The translations under genes were made by a program, and so were the position numbers. From positions 92,757,470 through 92,821,469 of the forward strand of contig NC_068982.1 in the NCBI RefSeq assembly GCF_001194135.2: DNA of 64,000 nt, in the 5' to 3' direction. The notes below the pieces were generated by a model. That model searched no databases, was not told the DNA's origin, and saw nothing but the letters and a program-made list of their open reading frames with translations. Positions 24,438-38,179 of the stretch are shown here, piece after piece; the stretch's first letter is position 1; every line of letters starts with the position of its first letter. Source of the stretch: Octopus bimaculoides. Lineage: Eukaryota.

Positions 24438-24610
24438 GTATATATATATTTATTTATTTTTGTTTTCTTGCTTATAACTGCTCTATGAATAATTATCTGT
24501 TTGTATCTTTCATTCTTTCTTATCTGCCTATCAAGCTATCTTGCCTGTCTGTCTGCTCATCTCTCTCTCTCTCTCTCTCTCTCTTTATTTATTTCTTTAA
24601 ATATTTTCAG

Positions 24611-24708
24611 GCTACTACAACTCACTGTCGAACAATTCAAACAATCTGTACAGATCCATTAGTGATATTCCAGGTATAAATACTCCATCAGCCTCATCAC
24701 AAAGATAA
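24611..24708 (+). CDS. OSTM1: OSTM1 exon 6 (cytoplasmic tail, stop codon)
   Basis: TTTTCAG acceptor; the phase-1 join gives CYYNSLSNNSNNLYRSISDIPGINTPSASSQR*; total CDS 978 nt = 325 aa. The tail is poorly conserved, so support comes from splice and phase logic. Confidence 0.7.
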
Positions 24709-24728
24709 TAATGTTTAAAAAAAAAATG

Positions 24729-24734
24729 AATAAA
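24729..24734 (+). promoter_or_regulatory. Candidate proximal polyadenylation signal of OSTM1
   Basis: AATAAA 20 nt after the stop; such hexamers are common by chance in AT-rich DNA. Confidence 0.2.
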
Positions 24735-25699
24735 ACAAATTATTTCTACCCAAGTGTTTCTGCTTATAAAGCTTTCTCCTGTTTATGTTTCCCTGTTCAT
24801 TTTCTGGATCAGAATTAAATTATGTATGATTTTCTGCTCTGACAATCCTATCTTCTGTGTTTCTGTATATATATATTATACTTTGGTCTGTATGTACACA
24901 AAAACCATATTCAGTTGTTCTACTACAACTACCGCAGGCTTTTCACATAAGGTTTTAATGGTCTTCTTATCCATTATTTTATAGACCTGTAAGATATGTG
25001 TGTATATGGAAAAATAGACACTTAAAGGATTGTGTGATCAAATCATAGAGTACGTAGATGGAAACACACAAGATGAGATTTGCAGTTTAGAACCTCCTTT
25101 CCCACCAAATCCCTCTGTATTATTTATTCCTTTATAATAATCTACTATATGATAATCATTATCCGTTATTTGAACATTCTTAATGCTTGTTGATAAAAAG
25201 AATATATCACCATTAGAGTTGCATATACTCTCTATTGATCTATAATAATAATAATAATAATAATAAATGAAATCTTTTGTCAGCCAGGCAGACTAATCAT
25301 GGGAAAAATATGTTTTGTTTAATAGCATAAGAAAATAACTACCAAGATTGGAATGTATGTAATTTAAAGTCAGCATTTCAACATCTTCGCCTAAAAGTCA
25401 AGTAGAGTACATAAATTTATATATATATATGTTCTACTATATCTATCTGGACAGGGATGGTTAATAATGCAATCTCTTGTGAATGAATGTAGTTAGACAC
25501 TGATCAACTCTACCAATCAAAACTCATTTAATTATATGGACCCCAGTGTTTAGTTTAGTTTGGTATTTAATTTATTGTTCTTTATTTGTTAGATTGTTAA
25601 GTTACAGTGAAATAAAGAGATACATTTCAACACTAGTTTAACCAGTAAAAACACACACACTTTCACATACATATATGCATACATATTTCATCACCAAAT

Positions 25700-26589
25700 A
25701 ACCTATCAGTGGACAAAAACATGAAGTGCTCCAATATCTTTTGGTAGACAACTCTGTTGAGTGTATTCTAAGGAAACCTAGTGAAACAAAATCAGCAGAT
25801 GACATGGCACCTCAAACTATCACTGATTGCTGGAACTTGATACAAAATTTCAAACAGCTGGGATAATATACTTCTGCAGCACTTCTCCATACTCTGTAAC
25901 TTTCTTTCATTAGAAAACAACATTTGGACCACTGCTCAACATTCCAATTATGCTTCATCTTAGATCAAGTCAACCACTTGTGACTCTGCCTGTCATTGAG
26001 AAGAGGGTATTTGTTTATGGTTCCCCACTTTTTGAAATTGTCTATAAATGCCCAGCTCTTGGATTCACTTTTGGATTTCTCCCACATTATCAAATCAGCT
26101 CTTTTTAAGGTCTTCTTAGGATGTAGACACTCCACTTGATGGTGCACCTCTTTCTGTCACACGTTGCTCATCCAGACAACATTCTAGTGATAGTCTCCAA
26201 CACAGAACTCCAGGAACAGCCAGCTTTTTGGATTGCTTCACTAATGGTCTTTTGGACAACTGTTAGATCAGACATTTTGTCTATTATTGCAGTACTAATT
26301 TGTTTTTCTGAAAAAATTTAGGGATATTAAAAAAATTATTTAAAAGGATTGATTGTAGTAGTATTGCTTAGCTGTGCTCAGAGAATATTGTAATATTTTG
26401 AGAAAAACAGAATTCACATATTTGGTGAACAATCTCACTAATTTCTAGAATGATTACTATAGACTAATTAAGAATAAGAGTACAGATAGAGAGAAATGAA
26501 GCACAACTACCATATCTATTCTGCAGAAAAATAACTTTTAAACAGTCATTTTTTACCTTTAATATTCTAATTTCCTGAGACGCAGGTTA
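25700..26589 (-). mobile_element. Decayed Tc1 transposon (5' TIR plus N-terminal half of transposase)
   Basis: TIR-like AATATTCTAATTTCCTGAGACGCAGGTTA at 26561-26589; residual peptides DLTVVQKTI, AGCS, PLLNDRQ, NW.VEQWS, SVIV*GAMS. Confidence 0.75.
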
Positions 26590-26639
26590 CCAATGTTCAG
26601 TGTTGTGAGGACCCAAGAACTGAAGTATTTCAGATTGAA

Positions 26640-28385
26640 AGACAGTATGTGAGAGAAAACTGTGATGTCATAGGAGAGAAATGTGTCCGCATGGATGATG
26701 GTGCCCTTGCGTTTGGCTTCGAGATGCCATTATGAAAGACTGCTGAATGTGGAGAATAAATGGGAGGAAGAGAGTCTGCCAAAGGTTGACCCAATTGAGG
26801 GACCAGCTACTCGAATCGACAGCACCTTGGTAGATAGAGCAATTAAGGGAAAGCACCTGGCCCATCAGGAATCACTGCTGAGATGCTTAAAATATCAGGA
26901 GGTGTAGGTTATGGTCTTGTCACCTGCATCGCAAATCAGGTAGTTCATGAAAGAGTCATACCCAATGACTGGTGTAGCAACACCATAGTTAACTGCTACA
27001 AGGGTAAAGGTAATGCTTTAGATAGAAATAACTATAGAGGTATCAAATTAACCTAGCAAAATCCAAAGTCTTAGTAAGGAGGAAGGCTGTCAAATCACAA
27101 ACCCCTTCAAGTAGATGGCCCTGCTCAATCTGTAGAATAGGCGTGGGTAGAAACTCCATACGAAGTACCCGGTGTAAGCTATGGACACATAAAAGGTGCA
27201 GCAATATCGAAGGAAGGCTAACTGGGAAGATGGTTTTTGTGTGTGGCAGATGCATAGGAGCAATAAATGCTGAAGATGTACAGAAAACAGGTTTCATCAC
27301 ATGCCAGGGGGAGAAACTAGAAGTAGTTAATAGCTTCTGCTACCTTGGCGACCAAGTCTGTAGTGGGGGTGGTTGCTCTGAGAGTGTAGCAGCTAGAATA
27401 AGAATAGCCTGGGCAAAGTTCAGGGAGCTCCTACCTCTGCTGGCAACTAAGGGCCTCTCGCTCAGGCTGAAAGCTAGACTGTATGATGCATGTATGTGAA
27501 CCCCCATGTTACATGGCAGTGAAATAGGGGCCATGACTGCTGAAGACATGCGTAGGCTTGAAAGAAATGAAGCTAATATGATCCACTGGATGTATAATGT
27601 CAGTGTGCATACACAACAGAGTGTAAGTTCACTGAGAGAAAAGTTGGGCATACAAAGCATCAAATGTGGTGTGCAAGAGAGTCGATTGTGCTGGTATGGT
27701 CATGTGTTGTATATGGATGAGGACAGTTGTGTGAGGAAGTGCCACTCCCTAACTGTGGAAGGAACCTGTGGAAGAGGTAGACCCAGGAAGACATGGGATG
27801 AGGTGGTGAAGCATGACCTTTAAACATTGGGCCTCACAGAGGCAGTGACAGGAAACCGAGACCTTTGGAGATATGTTGTGATTGAGAAAACCTGGCAACT
27901 AACGTAAGATTGCAACCATGTATGTTCGACCCAGTTAAGAGTACCCCTGATGCATTGGGCGATATGATATACTTGAGAAGACCTGTTGAGTCAAGTAAAA
28001 CCAATATCGTAGCTGTGGATAGTGCCCCTGACTGGCTCCTGTGCTGGTGGCACGTAAAAAGCACCATCTGAATGTGGCCGATGCCAATACCCCTTGACTG
28101 GCCCCTGTGCCGATGGCATGTAAAAAGTATCATCCAAACGCGATCAATGCCAGGTCTGCCTGACTGGCTCCTGAGCCGGTAGCATGTGAAAAGCACCATC
28201 CAAACGTGGCCAATGCCAGTTCCACCTGAATGGCTCCCGTGCCGGTGGCACATAAAATGCACCCACTACACTCTTGGAGTGGCTGGCATTAGGAAGGGCA
28301 TCCAGCTGTAGAAACATTGTTAGATCAAATTGGAGCCTGGTGCAGCTGCTGGCTTTCCAGACCTCAATCAAACCGTCCAACCATT
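26640..28385 (+). mobile_element. RTE-type LINE ORF2 fragment with internal RT deletion, plus 3' UTR
   Basis: PNDWCSNTIVNCYKGKGNALDRNNYRGIKL joined directly to the post-YADD region; LEVVNSFCYLG, ARIRIAWAKFREL, MLHGSE, GRGRPRKTW; subrepeated 3' UTR; terminal tail missing. Confidence 0.88.
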
Positions 28386-28558
28386 GAGGGGCCATTCTGC
28401 TTGATGTGTAATAATATACAGTGTAATCTCACGCTTGTAATATAATGAATAGAAAAATTCCAATCAGCTGATATTTCCCTTGCACTTTGAAGACAAAAAT
28501 TCCCTCTGGGAGTTTTAAAATCTACTCAAAACACAAACACACACACACACACACGCAC

Positions 28559-28620
<62 letters not shown>

Positions 28621-30698
28621 AAGTGGGGCAACTATAATATTAGTTGTGATCCTTGTCTTTATAGCCAACTGGGAAAAGCAATGGATATGTTTCTATCTTG
28701 CATGTGGTTCAGCTGGAATATTCAGATTATATATGGAAAAAGGAAGGGTGTATACAGTGATTATATGTATCAACAATAGTTAAGGGGAATGTAGTATAAA
28801 GTATAGTCTTTCAATCAGCTGAGATTATTCTTGCAATTTGAAGTCAAAAACCCTCTTTAAGGTTGTTCAAATCTAAAAGGCAAACTATAATAAAGGGAGA
28901 TAGCTACAATATCAGCTAATACAAATTTCTGGAAAGTTAAGACTTAACAAAACTATAGCTGGCTCTTAAAATTGAAGATTACTTGGTAGCATGTATGAAG
29001 TTTTTGCTAATTGTTTTAGGTGTTTTTGTAGTTGGGAGCTGATACAAACACCTTCTTTGCCCTGCTATATTTGATAAGTTGACAGAAAGGGCATGTGACT
29101 GTAGAAACAAAGCTAAAAATGAAGTGTATAAATGAGATGTGTTCTTCTGACTCATCTAGGAGGACAGTAACTTTGAATAAGAACTGACTTAGAACCATGA
29201 CAACCTGTCTGAACCATGCTTGGATGGAAAATGAACATGAAATTATGATGATGAGGATTTGTAGAAATCAGTTTAGAAAGAAACAACAAAAGAAACAGTT
29301 TAGAAAGTTATATCAGATAATGTAACATTTAGGAATTTGGAAAGCAATTTCTATAGAGAAAGTAGAGAAAAGAAACAAAGAATGAGAGAAAAAAAGACAT
29401 GATTTATCCAATGGTTAGATATAAAGTTTTTTTTACAAAGATAATTATAATAATCATCTAATAAAAAAAAAAAGATTTTTCATATAAAAAATATGAAATC
29501 TTGCAGGCTCAAGTAACTCCATTTCCTATAGTTTTCAAAAAGGTGAATACATTCTTTAATAACAATCAAGTTTTGTATTTATCCAAAAATACTTTTTACC
29601 AAACCCACAAAAGAGAATTTAAAAGGAATTTTTATGGGATCAGTTTGTACAAGCTACATAAAGAAATAGATTAAATCCGTATTGTAAATGATGTCTTTAT
29701 ACACACATATATACACATAAAATTGTGCATCTGTGATGGCGTGTCTTGAACATAAGAGTGAAATATGTATCTAATGTCTAATTTTTAACATTAGGGCCAC
29801 ATACATCTTTTGCTTCATTTTCACTTAGATTATCAACTTTATTTACATCCTTCCAATACTTCTCATTTCTCTTGAGGAAGGTCCTTGCATGAAATGTCAG
29901 AACCAGTCTTTCCTTATGAAACCAGATTTATTTCTTTTTTTACCAATACAAACCATGACTATTTTCATAGGACTTGGGTCATTTATCTTTCTTGGTTAAA
30001 CACAACCAAATCACCATTGGATGCCTTTATTAGAATACATTCTGTTGTGGTTTCCAGTCCAGGTCTTTGATCTAAGGACCATATTATTCTTTCCTTCTAC
30101 CAGTCTTGGAGGCTCTGAAAAGGATTATAGACACAGCTATTTTCCTTTGACTATGTAATAAAAATAGAAACAGATGTTGGACTTGTTGGATCTTAGAATT
30201 ATGTTTACTATTTGTAATATGAACCAAGTTCTTCATTTTCAAATTTCACCAGCACTCACATTTTGTTTCAGACACAATAGCATTGAATTCCAATAGATAA
30301 ATAACTCTAATTTCTGTCTGTAAACTGTTTTAAGTTTTTGAACTGTATTTATTCTTTCCTAATAATTATTGCCTAACTCTTCATTTAGATGACCTTGTTT
30401 TTGTTCCCCAAATTATGCTTTCTCTTGCTGTTTCCCCTTCTGTTTTTCTATATCACTTTATTGTATCAATGAACCTCTATGCAGCTGCTTGACTTGCTAG
30501 AAACAGCATCTAAATCACTTTTTACTCACACCCTACCTTCCTAAAATCTAGCATAAGGTTACAAAATGGCATTATCAAAACAATGAGAGAAACCATTGCT
30601 AAATGTCAGTAATTGAGTAAATATATGTATATAAACAGAATTGATACATTTGTAGAATCAGATATGGTTGTAACGTCGTGGTTGAAAATATCCACATA

Positions 30699-30797
<99 letters not shown>

Positions 30798-30799
30798 TA

Positions 30800-31270
30800 A
30801 CATCATCATCATCATCGTTTAACGTCTGTTTTCCATGCTAGCAAGGGTTGGACGGCTTGACTGGGGACTGGCAAGCCAGGAGGCTGCACAAGGCTTCAAT
30901 CTGATCTGACAGTTTCTACAGCTGGAAGCCCTTCCTAACACCAACTACTCTGAGAGTGTAGTGGGTGCATTTTATGTGCCACCGGCACGGGAGCCATTCA
31001 GGTGGAACTGGCATTGGCCATGTTTAAATGGTGCTTTTCACGTGCTACCGGCACAGGAGCCAGTCGGGGCAGTGGAGGCTGGCATCGACCATGTTTGGAT
31101 GGTGCTTTTTACATGCCGATGGCACAGGGAGCCAGTCAGGCAGCACTGGAAATGACCCACGCATGCATGGTGCCTATTGCATGCCACCAGCACAGGAGCC
31201 AGTCAGGTGGCACTGGCATCGGCCACAACTACAATTTCCATTTGATTGTGATATGATTTTGATTTTAATT
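30800..31270 (-). mobile_element. RTE-type 3' tail copy
   Basis: (CAT)n-CGTTTAACGTC...GGCAAGCCAGGAGGCTGCAC...GAGCCAGTC subrepeats. Confidence 0.85.
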
Positions 31271-32547
31271 TTACTTGACGCAATAATAGATCTCTTCAAG
31301 CATGGAATGTCACCCGATAATATTTATATACATATATTGATGAAGGCCACTGATCAAATTCTTCGGCTAAAGGCGGTGCTCTAGCATGGCTGCAGTCGAA
31401 TGGCTGAAACAAGTAAAAGAGTAAAAAGACTAAAGAGTATACATATGTATGTATATATGTATAAATATATATGTATAAATATATATGTANNNNNNNNNNN
31501 NNNNNNNNNNNNNNNNNNNNNNNNNNNNNNNNNNNNNNNNNNNNNNNNNNNNNNNNNNNNNNNNNNNNNNNNNNNNNNNNNNNNNNNNNATATATATATA
31601 TATATATATCCTTCCTTGTTTTTGTATCACCTTGGTGATAATCACTATATCACTGGTGTAACGAGAAGAGTTGTACCATAGAATTTAAGGTTTTTAGACT
31701 TTAAACGCGCCGAGGCCAGGATGTCTTTAGTCTCAATGGTTGAGAAGAGGATTTTTGTTTATTTGTCCTATGACCTTTCTGTTAATCCTTTCCATGTTCC
31801 ATTTCAATTATTCTTTACTTTATTTGCTTTGCACATAACATCCTACATTTATGTACGCTTGTATGTATGTATGTGTGTGTGTGTGTATGTATGTATGTAT
31901 GCATGTATGTATGTATGTATGTATGTATGTATGTATGTATGTATGTATGTATGTACACTAAGTCACTTATGAGGCTCCCACAAGTGCTACTGGTAACATG
32001 GAATCCAGTACAACCTGTTGCTTGGTCAGATTGTCGGTGACTAAGCCGGCATCTCCACCAGACAGCCCTGGCGAAAAGGGTTGCTAGAAACTCAGCAGGA
32101 TTAAAAACAAGATCTGTTGAAAGGTTGATGAACCTAGTGCAGGCTTAACAGTTATCAAGCAATAGCACGGATATGCAGAAATTCCGGGAGGGTGTCTGGC
32201 ATGCTAGAAGATCACTGGGGGTGAGGCACCCCTTAACTTCTGTTGAAGCATATCTCTAGGAGAAGGTCACGCTGATATAAAATCAGATATGCAGGGAATG
32301 GTACTGGACATTTTGGGTATCTTTGGTTTGTGTTAGAGATCATGGCGCTCCCACATCCCTGAGCCTGCGACTCATATTGGCACCAGACATCTCGTTCTGG
32401 CTTGACTCTGGATAATGTCAATAGCGTGGAGAGGGTCTATGAGGTGTCGTGCAAGCCTTATTGGAACTAAAACTCTGCACAGGCATTGCTGACATCTGCT
32501 CGATATGTGCTGCTTTCTTCCCCCTATATATATTTATTTTATTTTCA

Positions 32548-32643
<96 letters not shown>

Positions 32644-32889
32644 TTATTTTTAGTATATATTTATTTTATTTTTATTCGGAAGTCCTGTGGTGATGGGAAG
32701 GTGGCGAAATATGCAGACCTGACGGGTTGGAAGCATGTAGTCGGCGACCTATACGTAGGCAGCCCATACTAGATATAAAGTCATCTCCTTGTAGCCCAAG
32801 ACAGCGATAGGATTCGATTGCTGCATGGGTGTCTGAGCAGCTCTATTTGGAGAGGGCACAGCTCACCCGGAGGCCGGGGAAGTTCTAGA

Positions 32890-33905
32890 ATAATGTGTGG
32901 TAACTATAGAGGTATTTCTCTATTATCAGCTGCTGGCAAGGTTCTGGAAAATATTCTTCTTACCCGCTTGAATGAGTGTCTCGTAAATGCTGTCCTACCT
33001 GAATCAATGTGGCTTCCGATCTGGTAGAAAGACAATGGATATGATTTTCATAGCAAAACAGATGCAGGAGAAGTGCTATGAGCAGAATATGGATCTTGTC
33101 CAGCTACTCATTGACTTAACCAAGGCCTTTGATACTGTGAATAGGGCCTTGCTATGGAAAATACTTGGCAAACTTGGATGTCCGGATCACTTTGTATCTA
33201 TAATTAAATCATTTCATGATGGGATGGAGGCTTGGGTCAATATTGGTGGTGGCATGACGGGACCCATTCCTGTAGAGAATGGTGTCAAGCAGGATGAGAT
33301 CCTTGCCCCAACTCTCTTTACTTTGTACTTTGCTGCTACTTTTACTCATGCTTTTGCTAAGGTTATCTCTGGAGGTATCGATCTTCGGGTCACCTCTTTA
33401 ATCTGTGCTGATTTTCTGCCAATTCAAAAGTTCTCCAGTCTATTATTCGTGACCTCCTTTATGCAGATGACTGTGACTTAGTCACTCATACAGTGGATGA
33501 CATGCAAATACTTATGAATTGTATTTCTGCTTCTTGCAAGGCATTCGGACTCAGCATTAGCCTGGACAAAACTGTTGTAATGTTCCAGCCTGCACCAGGA
33601 AATCCATATGTGGAACCAACTATCTTGGTTGAAGGAACAATACTGAAAATGGTACAGAAGTTTGTCTACCTGGGCAGCACACTCAGCTGTTCTTGCTCCC
33701 TGGATGATGAAATGTCTTTCAGGCTGCAGAGAGCAGCTGATTCCTTCCGATCTCTTCAGTCTCGTGTCTGGTCCCAGCATGGCATCACAAGGCAAACAAA
33801 AATTGCTGTGTACCGTGCATGTGTACTGATATTGCTCCTTTACTCATGTGAGACATGAATCCTTTACAAACGTCATGCGAGGCTCCTTGAACGCTTTCAT
33901 CAGAG
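32890..33905 (+). pseudogene. RTE/BovB-like LINE reverse transcriptase fragment
   Basis: NYRGISLLSAAGKVL, QCGFR, IDLTKAFDTVNR, GVKQ...LAPTLF, YADD at 33460-33471, FVYLGS, LLYSCET; frameshifts and stops. Confidence 0.92.
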
Positions 33906-34329
33906 ATTACAATGAGGCTCGTGATGGCAAACTGGATATAAGGGCCCAGCAAATAGATTCTATCTCTTTTTCACCGCAAGCGCTTGCTGAACACACTTTG
34001 CTGGCTGGGTCTCCAGGCTAGTCTGCATGTCGTATCTTCAGAGGTAATGGGCCTGCGTAACGAAGATACAACGAACGCACACAGCTTGAGATGGCATACT
34101 GAGAGCAACACACTTCACCTTCTGTGTAAATTGTAAATAAAACTGGTTGAGAATTTGCATTTTACTTAAGACTTCTTTCCTCGCCTGCTGGAGCCTGAAA
34201 CAACACAAAGAACAAAATTTAATGGGAAAAGGCGATATTCAGCCGATATCATGAACCTTGTCTCTCATTATAGTGACATTTCTCTCACGGGCCTTCATTG
34301 ACTACTGAGTCCAGATTTTGTTTGAAATA

Positions 34330-35451
34330 CAGAGCAACCTCGGTTCTCGAACGTCTCACATGATGAACAAATTGGTTTTAGAATTGAAAAATTCGAGATG
34401 AAAATGCCTTGGTTATCGAACAAAATTTTGGTTCTCGAACAACATTGCCAAACTGAGTTAACCTGAACGGAATCATTATTCCTTTTCTTTCCCAATTTTA
34501 TTGTACTGTGCCTTATTTTCTCTTCATTAATCCTTAGTCATGGTTCCAAAGAAAGCTAGCAGTGATACTGATAAAGGAAAAAGAAAAGAAAAACAGTTAA
34601 AATGGAGAAAGAAATCATCGCAAAACACGAAAATGGCGTTTGAGTGTCAGATCTCGCTGTGCTGTACTGTATGCCTAAATCAACAATATCTACTATTCTA
34701 AAAAATAAGGAAGTGGTAAAAGCAGCTGATGTTGCAAAAGGAGTGACTGTTATTAATGAACAAAGACCAAAGATACTCGAAGAAGTGGAAAAGTTATTGC
34801 TTATTTTTATAAATGAGAAACAGCAGGTGACAGTATCAGTAAAGCATTTATTTGTGAGAAAGCATTAAAAATTTATAATGATCTAGTAAAGAAAACCCCT
34901 GGTACAAGGGCTGAAAGTGATACTTTTGAATTCAAAGCTAGTAGAGGCTGGTTCGAGAAATTTAAGAAGAGAAGTGAAATAACACAGTGTAATTAGGCAT
35001 GGAGAGGTGACGAGTTCAAACAAGGAAGTGGCTGAGAAATTTGTGATTGAGTTTAGTGACTTGATAAAGGAAGGCGGTTATCTCCCCCAACAGGTGTTTA
35101 ACGGGGATGGAACAGGATTATTTTGGAAATGAATGCCAAATAGGGACCTATATTACTAAGGAGTAAAAAGCATTGCCAAGGCATAAGCCAATGAAAGATG
35201 GAAGTTTTTATGGAAGGTGGGTTCCCCTTCTAAGAAATAACACACTTTTGTGTGTTATTTACAGTTTGAATAAACGTTTTTATACTAAAATATATAGTTT
35301 AAGCATGTAATTAAGCATTCATCTGGTGCTTGGAAACGAATTAATCTCTTTCACATTAATTGTAATAGGAAAAAATGATTCGGTTTTCGAACAATTCAGT
35401 TTTAGAACAGACTTTCAGAACAAATTATGGTCGAGAACCGAAATTGCTCTG
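34330..35451 (+). mobile_element. Internally deleted Tigger/pogo (CENP-B-type) transposon with both TIRs and TA TSD
   Basis: TA|CAGAGCAACCTCGGTTCTCG ... CGAGAACCGAAATTGCTCTG|TA; PKSTISTILKNK, LEEVEKLLLIFINEKQ, FKASRGWFEKFKKR, QQVFNGDGTGLFWK; most of the DDE domain is deleted near 35195. Confidence 0.92.
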
Positions 35452-36269
35452 TATTTTTGTGGCAATTTTTTTTCATTGTGTACAGAGTTCTCTTCTCCCG
35501 TATGTACCCGGCTCCGATGTGATTTTTCTGCTCTTGTATATTTATTTCATGGAATTCTAGTTTGTGAAAAGGACGGCTCATTTACTTACTACTACAGCTA
35601 ATCCAACTGTACTAGGATTTCAGTGAGATTGCAGAAGTCTGGGAACGTTGAATATAGACTTAGGAACTTTATTACTTCAAAGTAACTGCTAATCAATGCA
35701 ACGGAAATATGAAAAATCTATCATAAAAAAGATAAAACTGGTACATCATCGTGTTTTTAATGAAGCTGTTTCTGATATATACAAACATATATACACGCAT
35801 AACACACACATTTATATTTCAGTATCATTACTAACTATTCTCCCTTAATCAAAGTCTGTTTGATTTGAAAAGTTCTCCCCATTACCTAAGTTGTTAAGCT
35901 GCCTTATTTACTTTCTTTCATTCTATTGTATAAGAGGAAACTGTGAATGAGCGCCGTAATCAACTGGAATTAGAAAACCAACTCAATTCAGTGTAAAATG
36001 TTTGATGTTATGATGTTAGTCAACGTAGGATTACCTATTTAATTATTATATATTTTATTGTTAAACAATATTGTCGTTGATCTCAAGTTTCCCCCACAAG
36101 CTTACGACACGCCAAATCAATGGTTTCACTACATTTCTTATGGCGAGAGAGTGGCTATAACTTGGTGTAGAAAAAAATATCGGATGGGACAGAGTTCAAA
36201 AAGCATCGATAGTTCTGGTTGTTTCGATGGTTACATAAGCGCAGACATAAGGCTAGGGCTGTGTGTGTG

Positions 36270-36322
<53 letters not shown>

Positions 36323-36669
36323 AGATGTATGTATGTATACATACNNNNNNNNNNTCACAGAAAGCCCCTCACACAGATTCGGCTAACAGTCAGTTACAGA
36401 GTTGAATCATTGGTATGACTATGATGTTCTGGTGATCTCATGAGCTAGCTTTCTTTATCTGCATTGATTTGTGAATATACAAATATATTGTATAATTCCG
36501 AGCATGCATACTAATACAAACATGTAAGCATAATTTCTTCCACATTGAAATTATTACTATATGAAGAACGCTGTGAAACGGCCGTAACCCTAAGGATGTC
36601 TAATGGTTAAATATATTCACCTCTCATGCTGTCTGACTTTTATGATTTATATATACATATTCAGGTGCA

Positions 36670-37380
36670 GAATATATACATATTCTGCCACAAAAAATAA
36701 GAAATTTGCATAAGGTGGAAGTAGATGACTTTAAAATGGAATTAGCCCTCTGCCTCTCCACAATCCCGGATGTACCAACAGACCGACATGAGGTACAGGC
36801 GAGGGCTGCAGAATCAAACTCAATTAAAACATCAAATGTACCGACAGCTGGGAAAGAGGCACATACAGGAGTGGTGATGTGAAACACTCAGACTGAGGAA
36901 GTCAGAAAGACCATGGTGGTGCACCAGCATGACCACAGCCGCATGGCTGAAACAAGTAAAAGAGCATGTATATGTTTATATATATGTATTTTTATATATG
37001 TATATATATTTTGGCATTGAAAGCTACACCAATGCCAGAAATGGACGACACTGCATAGTGCCAAAGATCCCAGCAATGCCATCGCGCTTAAGGACCAGTT
37101 ACTGCAACAGCTTGGGATTCAGGGGCCCACAGCTTTTTAATATTCTCCCAAAGAGCTTGAGGAATCTGCACAAAGTAGATGTAGGAGTTTTTAAATCAAA
37201 GCTGGACCTCTTCCTATCGAGAGTCCCAGATGAACCTACCTCGCGGCAGGAGGTGCAAATGAGGGTTGCTAAATCAAACTCCATTCTTCACCAAGTGCCA
37301 CATATTGTAAGAGGCTCCCTGTAATAACAGTGTAGCAACATGCTGGTGCATCAGCATGGCCGCAGCTCTAAGCTGAAACT
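36670..37380 (+). mobile_element. Two tandem 3' ends of a LINE (CR1/L2-like group, clade uncertain)
   Basis: NSLGFRGPQLFNILPKSLRNLHKVDVGVFKSKLDLFLSRVPDEP (37030-37320) and a diverged copy ILPQKIRNLHKVEVDDFKMEL (36670-36830); each followed by a GCATGG...GCTGAAAC tail. Confidence 0.75.
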
Positions 37381-37633
37381 TGGCGGTTGAAAGGAGATAA
37401 AGAAGTTAATGCAATATAAAATGGCGCAATTACAAGCAAAACATGAAAAATGAAATAAGGTTGCTTAGTTGCAGGAGGTGTAGAGACAGTCAATAGGAGG
37501 AGGGGGTTGTGTTTAGTCCGAAGGAGATAGTTGTTCGTAGATTAAAGATATAGTAATCGACTGGCCCCCTCTGCCAACATTTCGGGTCTTATGCCTAGAG
37601 TAGAAGAGTATATATGGTACAGATATATTATGT

Positions 37634-37694
<61 letters not shown>

Positions 37695-38179
37695 NNNNNN
37701 NNNNNNNNNNNNNNNNNNNNNNNNNNNNNNNNNNNNNNNNNNNNNNNNNNNNNNNNNNNNNNNNNNNNNNNNNNNNNNNNNNNNNNNNNNNNNNNNNNNN
37801 NNNNNNNNNNNNNNNNNNNNNNNNNNNNNNNNNNNNNNNNNNNNNNNNNNNNNNNNNNNNNNNNNNNNNNNNNNNNNNNNNNNNNNNNNNNNNNNNNNNN
37901 NNNNNNNNNNNNNNNNNNNNNNNNNNNNNNNNNNNNNNNNNNNNNNNNNNNNNNNNNNNNNNNNNNNNNNNNNNNNNNNNNNNNNNNNNNNNNNNNNNNN
38001 NNNNNNNNNNNNNNNNNNNNNNNNNNNNNNACACACACACACACACAGACACACGCCACACACACAAGTGGGCTGTATCAAATGTAATGCAAAAGTGGGT
38101 ATAACTTTTTAAGGTCGTTCAAATTGCATATGTTGGTAGATTAGCTCTTCGTCTATACAAAGTTACTACTTAACATAGA

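Noticed and set aside
36555-36590. Fourth hammerhead-like string (ATGAAGA-acgctgt-GAAAC-GGCC-GTA)
   Set aside because: C3 is missing and no stem I can form; too degenerate to call.
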